Assembly (NCBI RefSeq): GCF_030144855.1 | Contig: NC_082715.1 | Coordinates: 64,294,001-64,358,000, forward strand | DNA: 64,000 nucleotides | Reading direction: 5' to 3' | From: Hypanus sabinus | Taxonomy: Eukaryota | Shown here: positions 1 through 12,868 of the stretch, in pieces | How positions within the stretch are numbered: the stretch's first letter is position 1 | Layout: the number at the start of each line of letters is the position of its first letter | Made by a program: the position numbers and the translations under genes | The notes under the pieces: generated by a model | Seen by the model: only the letters and a program-made list of their open reading frames with translations | Told to the model about the DNA's origin: nothing | The model's database searches: none

Positions 1-544
1 ATTCCGTAACTTTAAAGAGAATCAGTTGTATGCTTTAAATTACTACTTAATCCCTTGTTTCAATCATCAATTACATCAATCTTTAATTGCAACAAATCCC
101 TCACATTGCCAAACACTGAGAATGCTTTTTTCACATTTTAAAATTCTTTAATCTTCAAGTATCTTTGTTTAATTTCATATCATTCCACAAGAATTTTCAA
201 GCTGGAACTTGCTTAATAAGTTCTTGAGTTCAAGTTTTTGTATACATACATTGAATGCAGCATTCCTTTTTATTGTCCTATCAAGACTATAAAAGTATGC
301 AAAATAGAAATGCAATTATGGATATGTTTGCCTATCTCTCCGTTGTTCAAGATGTCTTCAAAGGATATTATGTGGCTTAAGGTTAAAATCGTGTTTGAGT
401 GTCAGCATCTATTGGACAGGATTGGTCAGCTTGGAACTGCAGACCATTTCTAAGTATAAAGTGAGCATTTGGTCTATCAATTAAGTTTAGAAAGTAAGAA
501 AAGCTTGTTTTTTAATAGATTAAAATAATAATGGCTTGCACATA

Positions 545-1407
545 TTTGGTGATACTGTGGATAGTGTTGAGGGTATTGTAGGTTACAATGGGACACTGAA
601 TTGATCAGAGCTGAGCTGAGAAGAGGCAGATGCAGTTCAATCTGGAAAAGTGTGAAGCAATATACTTTGCAATGTCAAACTTGAAGGCAGAGTATAAGGT
701 TAATGGCAGGATTCTAAGCAGTGTGAAGTAACAGAGGGATCTTGGGTTCTGCATCCACAGATTCCCTGAAAGTTGCTGCAAGGGTTGGTAGGGTTGTTAG
801 AAAGGCATTTGCTGCACTGGCCCTTGTTAGTTGGGGAATTCAGTTTAAAATCCCTGAGGTAACTTTGCAGATCTATGAAACTCTGACTAGACGTCACTTG
901 CTGAATTAAGTTCTGGTCACTTCATTATTGGAAGAATGTGGAAGCTTTAGAGAGGGTGCAAAGGAGATTTCGCAGGATACTGCCTGGATTAGAGAACCTC
1001 TTTTATGAGGAAAGACCGAGTGAGCTAGGGCTTTTGTTCTTGGAGCAAAGGAAGATGAAAGGTGACTTGATAGAGCTGTATAAGGTGATAAGAGGCATAG
1101 AGAGAGTGGACAACAGCACCTATTTCCTAGGACAGCAATGGCTAATACAGGAGTTATAATTTCAACTGATGGCAGTGAAGTATAAGAGGATGGTCAGAGC
1201 TGGTGGGTGCATGGAACATGCTGGTGAGGTGGTGACAGAGGCAGATATATTAGCGACATTTAAGAGACTCTTGGACAAGCACATGGATGAAAGAAATATG
1301 GAGGGTTATATGGGAGGGAAAGGTTAGATTGATTTTGGAGTAGGTGAAATGGTCAACACATCACCATGTGCCCAAGGGCTTGTACTGTTTCTATGATCCA
1401 TATTCTA
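545..1407 (+). mobile_element. CR1 LINE 3' fragment, degenerate
   Basis: ORF 938-1159 (LERVQRRFRRILPGLENLFYEER...GDLIELYK) is the CR1 ORF2 C-terminus; TTCTATG-type tail near 1390-1407. Confidence 0.85.
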
Positions 1408-2319
1408 TTACATTGATTCCCAGTCCTCAATGAGTGAAAATTTCACCATTCCAGCTACTCAGTCAAACATAGAAATCTCTACTCCATGTTGCTCTCCTAA
1501 AGCAGTTATTCCATCTTCCTGTTCACTCTTGAAGCCATTATTGGGTAAGCTTATCCTTCTGGACATGGCTGTGCAAGCTATTGAGAGCATATTTGCCTGC
1601 AGTATATTGAAATCCATTTTCTATTTAGTGGAGGGGAAGCTTTTTTGATATTTTGTCAAGAGGATGAGACTAAATAATTTCTGTGATGGTTGTGATACAT
1701 GATGCCATCTATGAAGCATCCAATTCTGCACAAAGGCATGTTGTTGTTGAACAGTGTGATGTGTTCAGTCCAGTCAAGTCACAGTCAATTATATTGCTCT
1801 GAACTCAATTTGAAAATAATTGTATTCCTACCTCTCTGGGTAACTATCCTCATTTTCAAAAGTCTGCTTTCAAAGAAAAGTTATTTTGGCCATGTCCCAG
1901 AGGAAGACTTTTGATTGAATTGTGAAAGAACAATTTAAAACAATGGTATGCTGTTTTGTTTTGCAATTCCCATTGTACAGCATTTCCCTATCATCTTACA
2001 AAGATCTTAACTTGATTCATAATTTATCCAAGAACTTACATGCTTGCTCTAAAACACAGCATCAGCTTAGCTTTTCTATTCATCTTGACTAATTAGTTGT
2101 TTAAAATGAACCTATAAACCTTGCCAAGACAGTTTTGGCCAGTATTTTGCTATCTTGCCTCTCATCCCCCCTCCAAGGATTTGAACAGGACAATCGAGGC
2201 TATTGCTGCTGAATGTGTGGTGGACTGTAGGTTTCACAAGTGTTCTGAAATAAAGTCCCTACTTGTTCACTTAGATGAAAATTAAAAATAAGAAGGGGAA
2301 ACAAAGGAAATAAGCACCC

Positions 2320-2705
2320 TACAACACTGAAACAAGCTCTTCAGCCCATCAGGTCCATGCTGACCTGGTTTTCTGCCTAGTCCAACCTACCTGCTCCCAG
2401 ACCATATCTCTCCAAGCCCCTCCCATTCACCTACCTATTCAAACTTTTTTTAAATGAAACACCATCCACCACTTTTGCTGGCACATTAGCTCCACCGCTT
2501 GAATGAAGAAGTTCCAAGTCAGATTCCTCCTGAATATTTTATCTTTAACCCTAAACCTATGACCTCTAGTTCAAGTTTCACCCAACCTCAAGTGGGAATA
2601 AAAAGCCTCTATGCACTTAGCCTACCCTCACCCCTCCAAAAGATCTCTCCTGATTCTCACGTGCCACTGAGAATAAAGCCCTAACCTATTCAACCTTTCT
2701 GTGTA
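2320..2705 (-). mobile_element. CR1 LINE 3' fragment
   Basis: Reverse complement of a CR1 3'UTR/ORF2 end, similar to the copies at 26.8 kb and 45.1 kb. Confidence 0.6.
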
Positions 2706-3004
2706 ATTCCAGATTCACAGTGATCCAGGCCTTTCAGCTCAACTTGCCATTCTGGCCTTGTCCATGCATCTGGCCAAATATCTACATCACAATCACCCCA
2801 CCTCCACCAACCTGCCTAGCAGCTTGTCTCCATGCACCCACCACGTTGTAAGTTGCCCCTCACGTCTCCCCCAAGCTTTCTCACCTCACCATAACCCTAC
2901 ATTTACAAATTAAGGAGATGAAGAGAAACTGCTCTTCCCAGAGAGTAGTAAATCTATGGAATTCTCTGCCCAGGGAAGCAGTGGAGGCTACCTTATTAAA
3001 TATA

Positions 3005-3295
3005 CTCACTGTACCTAATAAAATGGCCACAGGAGTGGAACCCAGTGTGGTTGTCTGCTGTTGCTGTAGCCCATCCGGTTCAAGGTTCCACATGTGTTTT
3101 CAGAAATGCTTTCCCGCACATAACTGTTGTAATGTGTGGTTATTTAAATTACTGTCGCCTTCCTGTCAGTTTGAACCAGTTGAGCCTTTCTCCTCTGACC
3201 TCTCTCATTTCCAAGGAGCCTTTGCCGACAGAACTGCCACTCACTGGATGTTTTTCTTTGTTTTTCGCACCATTCTCTGTGAACTCTGGAGACTC
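3005..3295 (-). mobile_element. Tc1-like DNA transposon remnant
   Basis: TGTACCTAATAAAATGGCCAC Tc1-type terminal motif. The minus strand retains degraded Tc1 transposase N-terminal (HTH) coding sequence. Confidence 0.6.
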
Positions 3296-3559
3296 AGGCC
3301 CTCCAGACACACAGCCATCCTTGTAATTTTTCTCTGCACTCTTTCAACCTTGTAACTAGGTGATCCAAATTGCACACATTACTTTAGGTTAATTGGACAA
3401 TGGTAAGTTGTCCTGTGATTTGACTAGGGTTAAATAGGCGCATTGTTGGTGGGGCATTGGGCCAGAAGGGCCTCTATCTGGTAAGCTTCCTCCAGCCTCT
3501 CGTTCCAGCACTATAGCCTGACTCACTCTCTCTGACCTTCTCCACGCCCCAATGGCTCT

Positions 3560-3830
3560 ACACACACAGGGATTGGTGCTGTGTCCATTGTTGTTCGTCA
3601 TCTCTACCAATGCGATAACAGGGTTAACTGATTCAGTAAATTTGTGGATGACACCAAGATTGGTGGTGTAATGGTCAGCAAGGAAGACTATCATGGCTTT
3701 CAGTGGGATCTAGACCAGCTGGAAAAGTGAGCTGAAAAATGGCAAACGGAACTTAATGCAGACACGTGCAAGATATTGAATGTCAGTAGAACCAACCGGG
3801 GTGGGTCTCACACAGTGAATGGCATCTTTA
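3560..3830 (+). mobile_element. CR1 RT fragment
   Basis: Degenerate QGLVL..LF / KFVDDTKIGG RT motifs. Confidence 0.6.
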
Positions 3831-4329
3831 TGTAAAAAAATAATATGACCCCAGTGAGTTAATTTGGAGTTTGGAAACCTGTGCCACTGTGAGTTTAATG
3901 GGAACACAGGAAATGTTAGGTCAGCTCAGTGAGTTGAGAGAGAGAAAGAATGGGAACTCAAGCACTGGTGAATTGAAAGGGGGAAATGGGAAACAGAGTT
4001 CTAGTGAGTTGGATGCATAGGAAAATGAGGCCCTGCTGAGTTGGAAAAGAAATGTGGGAAAATGTTGCAAGTTTGAGAACAGCTTCCTATTGAAGGAGGG
4101 TGCAAGAATGTGGCCCTGATGAGTTTAAAAAGAGCATGTAATCTGAGAATGTAGTGGGTGGAATGTAGTGTGAGAATCTGTTGAGTGGGGAGGGAGCAGA
4201 ACAATCCTTACCTGGTGAACTATCAGGGTGTCCAAATAATCAGATAGCGGATGATGTGATTTTTTTTATTGTGTATTTAAAACGCATTCTCTGCATCCAT
4301 ATGCACAACATATTTTTGTGCCCTTTCTT

Positions 4330-4625
4330 TCTGTCAACATCTCTATGAAATTTGGGAACCTTCTGCAGTTATTTCCACTCACACCCGTCTTTACATCGGC
4401 AGCACAGCTGTGGTAACTGCAAGCAGTTTCAAACTTCTGGGAGTGCCCATCCCACACCACCTCTCAAGGTCTCAGAACACATCCTATACAGTCAAGAAAG
4501 CTCAGCAATGCCTCTGGTTTCTGAGGAGGCTGAAGATTTTGCACATCAATATTCAGGATCTTCTAAAGATGCACAGTGGAGGGCATCACACAGGAACTGC
4601 ATTTTGGTGGACAGGAAGGCTCTTC
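4330..4625 (+). mobile_element. Rex1/Babar-like LINE fragment
   Basis: SFKLLGV...TVKKAQQCLWFLRRLK, the post-RT (DUF1891-like) region. Confidence 0.7.
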
Positions 4626-5690
4626 AAATGTCCTCTTTCTTTAAGGATCGTGGTTTCCCTTCTGCCGTCATCAACGTGCCCTCACCCGCATCTCCTCCAT
4701 TTCCCGCACTTCAACCCTCACCCCATCCTCCTGTCACCACAACAGGGACTGAGTTCCCCTTGTCCTCACCTACCACCCTACCAGCCTTCGGATCCAGTAC
4801 ATTATCCTCCGCAACTTCAGCCACCTTCAACAGGACCCCACCACTAAGGACATCTTTCCCTCCCTACCCCTCTCTGCTTTTCACAGGAATCATTCCCTCC
4901 GCGACTCCCTGGTCCACAAGTCCCTCCTCACAGATCTCCCACCTGGCACTTATCCCTGCCAGCATAAGTGCTACACCTGTCCCTACACCTCCTCTCTTAC
5001 CACCATTCAGGGTCCCCAACAGTCCTTCCAGGTGAGGCGACACTTCACTTGTGAGTCTGTTGGGGTAATCTCTTGCATCCGGTGCTCCTGGTGCGGGCCT
5101 CCTCTACATCGGCGAGCCCCGATGTAGATGGGGGACTGCTTCGTCGAGCACCTCCACTCCATCCGCCACAACAGACAGGATCTCCCGGCTGCCACCCACT
5201 TCAACTCTGCTTCACATTCTCATCAGATATGTCCATACATGGCCTCCTCTACTGCCATGATGAGACCAGGAGCAACACCTCATATACCGTCTGGGTAGCC
5301 TCCAGCCCCTTGGCATGAACAATGAGTTCTCTAACTTTCAGTAATTCCCTCCCCCTCCCTTCCCCCATCCTAGTTTCACTCTGCCTCCTCTTCCAGCTGC
5401 CTATCCCCTCCCTCATGATTCTGCCTTCTTCTACTACCCATAGTGCTTTCCCTTTACATTCCTTCTTCACCTTTCCTGCCTATCCCCTCCCCCACCCCTT
5501 GATCTTTCCCCTTACTGGTTTTTCACCTGGCACCTACCAGCCTTCTCCTTTCTACCCTCCCCCACCTTCTTTATAGGGCCCCTGCCCCCTCCCTCTTCAG
5601 TCCTGACGAAGGGTCTCGGCCCGAAACGTTTACTACTCGTTTCCACGAATGCTGCCCGATCTGCTGAGTTCCTGCAGCGCGTTGTGCGTG
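4626..5690 (+). mobile_element. Penelope-like element (PLE) 3' part with GIY-YIG endonuclease remnant and terminal repeat
   Basis: MSSFFKDRGFP, LYIGE..., GSLQP.GMN.EF motifs, a C/T-rich 3' tract, then the hammerhead-bearing terminal module. Confidence 0.85.
5598..5635 (+). ncRNA. Minimal type I hammerhead ribozyme motif (PLE-associated), best-preserved core
   Basis: CAGTC-CTGACGA-A-GGGT(CTCG)GCCC-GAAA-CGTT-TACTA. Intact CUGANGA and GAAA, stem II, palindromic ACGT stem III; stem I partly degenerate. Confidence 0.7.
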
Positions 5691-5704
5691 AGGCTCCGCA
5701 ATGG

Positions 5705-6165
5705 GTAGCCAAAGCTGCCCAATGCACCAGCCTAACCACAATCAAAGAGATATAGTACTATAAAGAAAGGTGCCGGAAAAAAAAGTCTTGAGTGTCATGA
5801 AGGATTCCACCCACGTTGCTCATGGACTGTTTGTCCAGTCCCATTAGGGAAGAGGCTACGTAACGCCCATGCCGGAACCACCAGACTTAAAAACAGTTAC
5901 TTTACCCATGCAGAAAGTAACCTCCACCCACTAACCCACCTCACCACCACTACTTCTCAATTCCTGTCAGTCACCTTACGTAGACACACCTGTACCAAGC
6001 GTAACTTTATGTACAATCTATGCATATAATGTATCCTATGTATTTTTTATATTTTGTTTTATTGTATTTTATTTTATTGCGCTTTTATATGCTGGATCGG
6101 AGCAAGAGTAACAATTTTTAGCCCCTCTTTACTAAACTTGCGTACTTGAAATGACATTAACAATC
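5705..6165 (+). mobile_element. Rex1/Babar-like LINE 3' fragment
   Basis: Degraded MKD.THP...RT.RLKNS region and AT-rich 3'UTR, homologous to the copy at 39.9-40.3 kb. Confidence 0.65.
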
Positions 6166-6279
6166 GTGATCGAGCGTAGACGTGGCCAGATTTCAATGAT
6201 TGGAGAGGATAAAGGAACACGGATCTAAAACTATCGTTCCAGCCTAAGATGAAGACATAAACACTCACTCCTTTAAAAA

Positions 6280-6623
6280 AAGGCGAGGAATCGAGTGGCC
6301 CGACACAGAGCAGGGGACACAGCATCTCTTCCGCTGGGGTCTTCGCTGCCCCGCACCGCCCGAGCATTGGTGTTAAAGGACAAATCGGCATCCTGAGCCC
6401 GCAGCGAACAACCAAACCTTGCGGCCAGACGTTCTGCCCACCGATTGACTGCGCTGGACCCGCTCGCTGTCAATCAGTTGACGTCACGATGCTGGGCTTG
6501 GTTGAGCTGCGGGGGTGGGTTCTTTTGTAAGGCGGAGTGTTCGCCGCCGCTTCTTGTGAGTGCGGGGATTTCTCCAAGAAAGCGGTGGGGATTGGTGTGA
6601 ACGAGCGAGTGAGAGCGGCGACG
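6280..6623 (+). promoter_or_regulatory. PXDN: PXDN CpG-island promoter/5'UTR
   Basis: Sharp local rise in CpG/GC in an otherwise CpG-depleted window. Perfect CRE TGACGTCA 6479-6486, inverted CCAAT (ATTGG) 6366-6370, GC/GT boxes ~6510-6537. TSS cannot be determined. Confidence 0.7.
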
Positions 6624-6793
6624 ATGCCCTGGAACACCCGACCTTTGCTGTCCATAGCATGGCTCTTTCTCGTCGCTTTCCCGCCGTGGGTTACTGCCTG
6701 CCCCAGTCGTTGCCTTTGCTTTCGGACGACGGTGAGGTGCATGCATCTCATGCTGGAGAATATACCTGCTGTCTCCCCGCAAACCACAATCCT
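6624..6793 (+). CDS. PXDN: Peroxidasin, first coding exon (signal peptide + LRRNT cap); the gene continues beyond this exon
   Basis: Translates [57 protein letters not shown]. This matches vertebrate PXDN as I recall it ([32 protein letters not shown]) better than PXDNL (FKST...). Hydrophobic signal peptide, Kozak-like context ACG-ATG, 170 nt, ends in the phase-2 donor CT|GTGAGT at 6793/6794. Confidence 0.93.
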
Positions 6794-9049
6794 GTGAGTA
6801 TGGAGCGTAGGCACTGCAACCCTTTAAGGGAGAGGGTAGACAAAATGCTTTGTTGCCTTGCCGGAGGGATTAGAAGCAATGGAACTCGTTCTTATCTAAA
6901 ACCACAACTTGGTTCAGCTTTATTACAGAGAGCAGACAGAATGGAGAGCTTGACAAAAGTTTTAATTTAAAAGCTGGTGTTTGGATGGAGACATTTGAAT
7001 ATTTTTCTGCACCTGCGAAATTCTCTGCATTGAAACAGTTTTGTTTTGTTTAGTGCCAAACTCGAAACTAACTTAAAGCTTTTTGAAGTGTGTTTTTGCT
7101 GAAGGAGTGAAATATGGTGTTTGAAAAAGTCTTCTCATGCAGTTATCAGAAAAAGATAATTTATATAGCGCGATGAGCATAATGATCAATGATGCTGAAT
7201 ATAAACGCTCGCAGCATTTTCTGCATGGCAGAGAGGATCTTGAATATATTATCATGATACCTAAAAAGGTAATTTTAAAAGCCGGAGAACGGATAACAAG
7301 AAAACACTTTACGAAAATAAAACGACTTTAGCTGTAAACGACAAAGATCTAAAACTTGTTAAAAAGCCGCCTGCTGGAGTCACCCTGCAGTTAGGTACTT
7401 AGCCCCGTTGACTCCGATGTAACCCACTGAGCAACCTTTCTATGTGGTGTAGAATGTAGTGTTCTGCCCGTGAGCTGGAAACTGGACTGAGGACAGTTTA
7501 AAAATAAAAGTGGCTGTTTCTCACGAATGCTGAAATTACGGTGTTTGAAATGGCACGAAGTTGCAGGCGCTTTTGGTCATGAATCAATGGAATTTACTTT
7601 GGAGTTAGCCGATTGATTTCACCCCCCCCCCCCCAACACATCTTTCTGGCTTACGTTAGAAGGACGTTAACAATCTGTTAAAGTTATTGAATCGGGAGGA
7701 AATACTTCCAGCAAACTGGAGCTGCATAATACTGCAGTCGCTGAGTCGCTGGACTTCAGTCCCGCCGTGGTTTTCATATTGCTTGTACCAATTTGCTTCT
7801 GGGCGAGGTTTTAGAACTCCGAATAGTTTAAAATCATCTAGTATGAGAACTATTTTTAAACTGAGTGAACACGAATCCACCTCGTAAATCTGTCTTCAAT
7901 GTTACTGGTTTTGGTCTACCTCTTTTGCTCTTAACCCCTTGCCCTCTTGGAGCCTCTAGAATCTGTTTCACTTAATATAAATTTACTTAAATGGATGCTG
8001 TTATTCCGGTGGAGGGCAAAAGGTTAATATGCATGTAACTGAGTTTGACGACAATGTTTTGTGGCCCATGTTATTTTTTTCACTAAGTACAAGGCTTGAG
8101 AAAAAAATTGAGTATTTGAAAAATCTGTGAGTCATCAGGCAAAATCATTCTTTGTTGAGATTCGTCTCTTGACCCAGGATTGCTTCAGATAGTGTTTGCA
8201 TCTTCGTTCCTTCCATCTGCTGTCTTTTTGTTGCGCTTTTATTGTAAGATATTTTGTTTTAACTTTTTCAACCACTGATATGAAATGCTGTAGTGCTTGG
8301 GTTCAATGGGTAGTTACCAAGCAGTATTGTGTGTAACTTGTAATGGATGAGGTTTACTTCAACATTATGTAGGGCGTTTGTGGAAATACTCTCTGAAAAG
8401 GAGATTTTTCTCTCTCTCTGTAACCACTGCAGATATTATTAGTGTAAGCAAACATGAAGAGGCAGACAAGAAAGGCCAGCTGATCCACCCCTTCATGTGG
8501 TTCCTGGAAAATCATGAGGAGATTTTCTTCTAATCCACAACAGCCAAGTAATTTTGCAAGGCAGAGGAATAATCAGAAAATAATAACAAAAAGGGTGGGG
8601 TCAGGGAACAGGAAATGGAGTAAGTGTATCTAACCTTTCACACTTTCTCAGCTGTTTCATTAAGATCAGGGATGATATTTTGCATCTGTGCCATTTTCCA
8701 TATCTGTGATATCCTTTTTATTCAAAACACAGCTGATCTGTCCTGAAAGATTGGAAAATTCCAAAGATTCAATATCATCTATGTGAAATCATTTCTTATA
8801 TTACTTCTTCTGAGACTGTGACCACTGGTTGTTCATTCTGAAAAGTCACCACCCTGTTTGGGGTGGGGGGGATATTACCCCTCAGATAATCTTTAAATTT
8901 CTCCACTCACTCTAGCCAGGGGAAACATTTACTATATTAGTGAGCACTGTAATAACTTTGTATGTTTCAATGAGATAGACCCATTTGTTTAAACTTGAGG
9001 ATTTTGACCCAGTCTGTTTGGTTATACCTCATGGTTAATCTAGAATTGC

Positions 9050-11450
9050 AGGAATATCCATGCAGGATTCTGATAGGTAAAGGAGGTTAGAAAGGGAACC
9101 AAAAGAAGAAAGGGGAGTGGTAAAAAATAGGTGGAACCAAAGGGGAGGTGGGGTGGGATTCCATGTGTGATGTTGGCAGGTGGAGGTGGGGGAAATGGAC
9201 AAAGATGGCCTATCACAAGGAAAAGGAGCGGGGAAACTTGTGTGTTTCCTAAAATTGGAAAAATCAATATTGTTGTAGACTACCCAGGTGGAATATAATG
9301 TATTGTCCTCCAGTTTGCATTGGTATGACGGTAGAGAAGGTCAAGGATGGACAAATCAGTGTGGGAATGACAGGGGAGTTGCAATGGTCTCCAACTGGGA
9401 ATATGGAATGGCCATTGTGGTTTGAGATATATATTAGTGAAATGGTGGCTGAGTGTGCATTGAGTCTCAGCGATGTAGAGAAACCATGTTGGGAGCACCC
9501 GGTGCAATAGACAAGGTTGGAAGTGATGCATGCAGATGTTGCTGCACCTGAAAGGACAGTATCATTTCTTCAATGGTGTTGAGAGAGGAGGTGTGATTAC
9601 AAGTGTTCCATTTACTGCAAGAGCAGGAGAAAGTGTCAGAGGTAAGGCTGTGGAGGGAGGAGTGGACCAGGGAGCCATGGAGGGAGCCTTCCCTGTGGAA
9701 GACAAAAAAGGGGTGGGGAGGAGAGGATGTGGCTGGTGGCAGGATTTAGTTGTAGCTGGCAGAAATGAAAGATAGTATGATGGATGCAGTCACTCGTGGT
9801 GGAAGGTAAGGACAAGGAGAACTTTATCTCTGTTCTTTCTGGGAGGAGGTAAGATGGGAGCAGAAATGCAAGAAACAGATGAGATGTAAGTAGGCCTCCA
9901 ACCAGAAGGGAAGGCATGATTCCTGAAAAATGAACAATTTAGATGCCCTCCAAGAAAAAGCTTCATCTGGATTGCAGATTCAGCAAAGACAGAGAAAACA
10001 GGAGAAGGAATAAGAGACAGAATGGGAAGAGGTATAGTCTAATAACACTGGACAACACACTTTTTGTTCATGATAGACCGCTTGAAGCTAAATACAAATA
10101 TAATTTCAGACTATCATGTAGGAATTTGGAGAAACAAGGAATTAACTTGAAATTGAAAATTATGCAAGATGATTTTCATTCGTACTTGGTGTCTGAGGTT
10201 TCTTGCTTAAGTATCCACCAATAATCAGCAAGTATTGATGGATTCCAGTTACCCTGATGTAGTCTCTCCATGACTGCAGTCTTCTGGTGAGACCTTTCAT
10301 CATGCTTATCACTGACAGCGCCATGATTTGCAGGGAAGAAGTCCGGATGGGAATGCAGAAAACAAATCTTTATCGATATGTTGTACTTCATGGTTTTGTA
10401 TGCTTGAAGCATGTTGTTAACCTGCTGTATGTAGTTTGATGCTCTGTAGTTGCCAAGAAAATTTTCAGCAATATCGTGAATGCCTTCCATGTGATTTTTC
10501 TCCAGTCCCATTAGAAGTTCTTTGATTTGCCTGTCATTGGTGATCTGTTTGATTTGTGAACCAACAAAAATGCCACCTTTAATCTTGGCACCAGTTATCC
10601 TGGGAAACATCTGTCTCAAATACCAAAATCCTTCACGGAAATTGAAAGTCTTTCTAAAACCTGTCCTCTGCAGCATCTGCTCTGCCGAAGCAATGCCAGG
10701 CATACCTGGACATGATGAAAAGAGAACTTTTCGGCTTACATTGTGGGCAACATTTTAGTTTATGAATTATAATAACTAATATCGGTGATTTTTTAAAAAA
10801 ATGGTGCATGATAGGGAAATTTCATGGTGATTTTCATGATCAGCCCAAAATCCATATGATACACCCAAAAATACTCAGGAAGCAAAATGTTTGTTGTCCA
10901 GTGTTAGCAGTGGAGACAGAGAGTTCATTGTAAATGTCAGTGGAGAGTTTGCCTCCTTAATGGAGACAGTGAGATCATGAAAGTCATGAGATCTCAGAAA
11001 TGGTCATGTTATTTTGAGATCAGGGTGGAAGTTGGTGGTGAGGGTGATAAATTTGATCATTTCTGCATGAGTTGAGAAGTAGCACCAATATCATCATCAG
11101 TGTAATGAAGAAAGCTGTAAAGTGGTACTCGAGTAGGTTTGGAGCAGGGACTGTTCCATGTAGCCAACAAAGAAATAGACATAGTTGGGGTGATATGAAG
11201 GTGGCCATGGATAGGACTTTGATTTTCAGAACATGAAAAGAGTCAAAAAAGAAGTTGTTTAAAGTAAAAACAAGTTCAGATGAGAGTGTTGGTGGAAGCG
11301 ATCCTTGTACACAGGAGCGAAGAGAATTTAGACCATCCTTTAAGGGATATGGAGGTGTATAAAGACTGGACATCAATAGTGAATATCTTGCAGCAGAGGC
11401 TGAGAAATTAGAAGTTATTTAAGTTGGTGGAGGGCATGATGGGTCCCTGA
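9050..11450 (-). mobile_element. Penelope-like element (RT + GIY-YIG), degenerate, interrupted by Chapaev3
   Basis: ORF 11020-11376 (SLYT...LVFTLNNFFF...SMAT) matches PLE RT. ORF 9280-9531 (LYIAET) matches GIY-YIG. Confidence 0.8.
10046..10903 (-). mobile_element. Chapaev3-type (CMC superfamily) DNA transposon, internally deleted
   Basis: Perfect TIRs CACTGGACAACA (10046-10057) / TGTTGTCCAGTG (10892-10903) flanked by TAA/TTA. ORF 10176-10703 has the Chapaev3 transposase C-terminus (FPRIT.AKIK.GIFVG.QI; FLHSH.DFFP.N.GAVSD.H.ER.HQ; LADY.W). Confidence 0.85.
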
Positions 11451-12235
11451 TGTAAGTGGGAATATTCTTATGACTTAATTTCTTTTGGATGAATTGTTAA
11501 AAATGTGAAATCCCCCGGAGAAATTCTGCCTCATCCAACTTTTAATTGTGACTTAACCCTCTAGTGAAGCAATTACCCAGTCAGACCAATTTGCTCCACC
11601 TTAAACCTCTCTTCCCGGAATATTATTCCATCCATTTAAAGGTTTTCACCATCAGTCTAGTAGACTGCATTGATTATATCAGTATTTATTGCAGTATCAC
11701 TTAATCTATTCGCAATGACCTCTGCCTTCACTAAGACCACTGAAGCTCCTTTTTGAATATACTCAGGGTCACTGGAAGAAAAAAGTCAGCTGTGTACTCC
11801 AAAAATTGATGGAGAGCAAAAATAACTGAGTGGAATCAGCAAGCTGAGTGGAAAGAGATTGGAGAGGTGACTCAAAGTGTTCATGCAGAAGTCACTATAT
11901 GTGAAAGCTTTTGAAATCAAGAGGGTTCAAATGTCCTATGACTGAACGAGAGATTTTTGCAGTAGTACTTGGGCTCCTGATTTGGAATGTTTTGCAAGCA
12001 TCCCTGCAATTGTTTCTGTCCTCTGTAATAATGAACCCCAACTTTTCTCTCTGCTGTGGAATATCCCTTTTTAGCAGGGGATCTTTTATCTTGATGGACA
12101 ATTGTCTTCAAACAAACTGCATTTTGGGGAAAATACAAATTCTAAAATTACTTCAGCAAAATATTCTTTTGGAAACTATTCTTAAGCATTGTTAAATGTT
12201 ATGACATGAAAATAGTCATAACGTAATAGTCATAA

Positions 12236-12868
12236 GGCTGGCCTTTATAAATCACAGCATTGAATATAGGAGTTGGGATGTAATGTTAAAATTGTACAAG
12301 GCATTAGTGAGGCCAAATTTGGAGTATTGTGTACACTTCTGGTCACCGAATTATAGGAAAGGTGTCAACAAAATAGAGAGAGTACAGAGGAGATTTACTA
12401 GAATGTTACCTGTGTTTCAACTCCGAAGTTACAGAGAAAGGTTGAACAGGTTAGGTCTTTATTCTTTGGAGTGTAGAAGGTTGAGGGGGGACTTGATAGA
12501 GGTATTTAAAATTATGAGGGGGATAGATAGAGTTGATGTGGATAGGCTTTTTCCATTGAGAGTAGGGGAGATTCAAACAAGAGGATGTGAGTTGAGAGTT
12601 AAGGGGCAAAAGTTTAGGGGTAACACTAGGGGGAACTTCTTTACTCAGAGAGTGGTATGTGTGTGGAATGAGCTTCTGGTAGAAGTGGTAGAGGCAGGTT
12701 TGATATTGTCATTTAAAGTAAAATTGGATAGGTATATGGACAGAAAAGGAATGAAGGGTTATCGGCTGAGTGCAGGTTGATGGGACTAGGTAAGAGTAAG
12801 CATTCGGCATGGACTTGAAGGACGGAGATGCCCTGTTTCCGTGGTGTAATTGTTATATATGGTTATAT
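12236..12868 (+). mobile_element. CR1 LINE 3' fragment, relatively young
   Basis: Open ORF 12283-12780 (LYKALVRPNLEYC...FFTQRVV), the CR1 ORF2 C-terminus. Confidence 0.9.

Noticed and set aside
4352-5035. 227-aa Pro/Ser-rich ORF
   Set aside because: Off-frame read-through of a Rex1-PLE junction; low complexity comes from C-rich PLE DNA.
6537-6797. 86-aa ORF as a complete small gene
   Set aside because: The GTG start is a caller artefact and the TGA lies within the GTGAGT splice donor. The real unit is PXDN exon 1 from ATG 6624.
6074-6970. Several overlapping ORFs on both strands around the CpG island
   Set aside because: GC-rich shadow ORFs of the promoter/exon with no recognisable domains.
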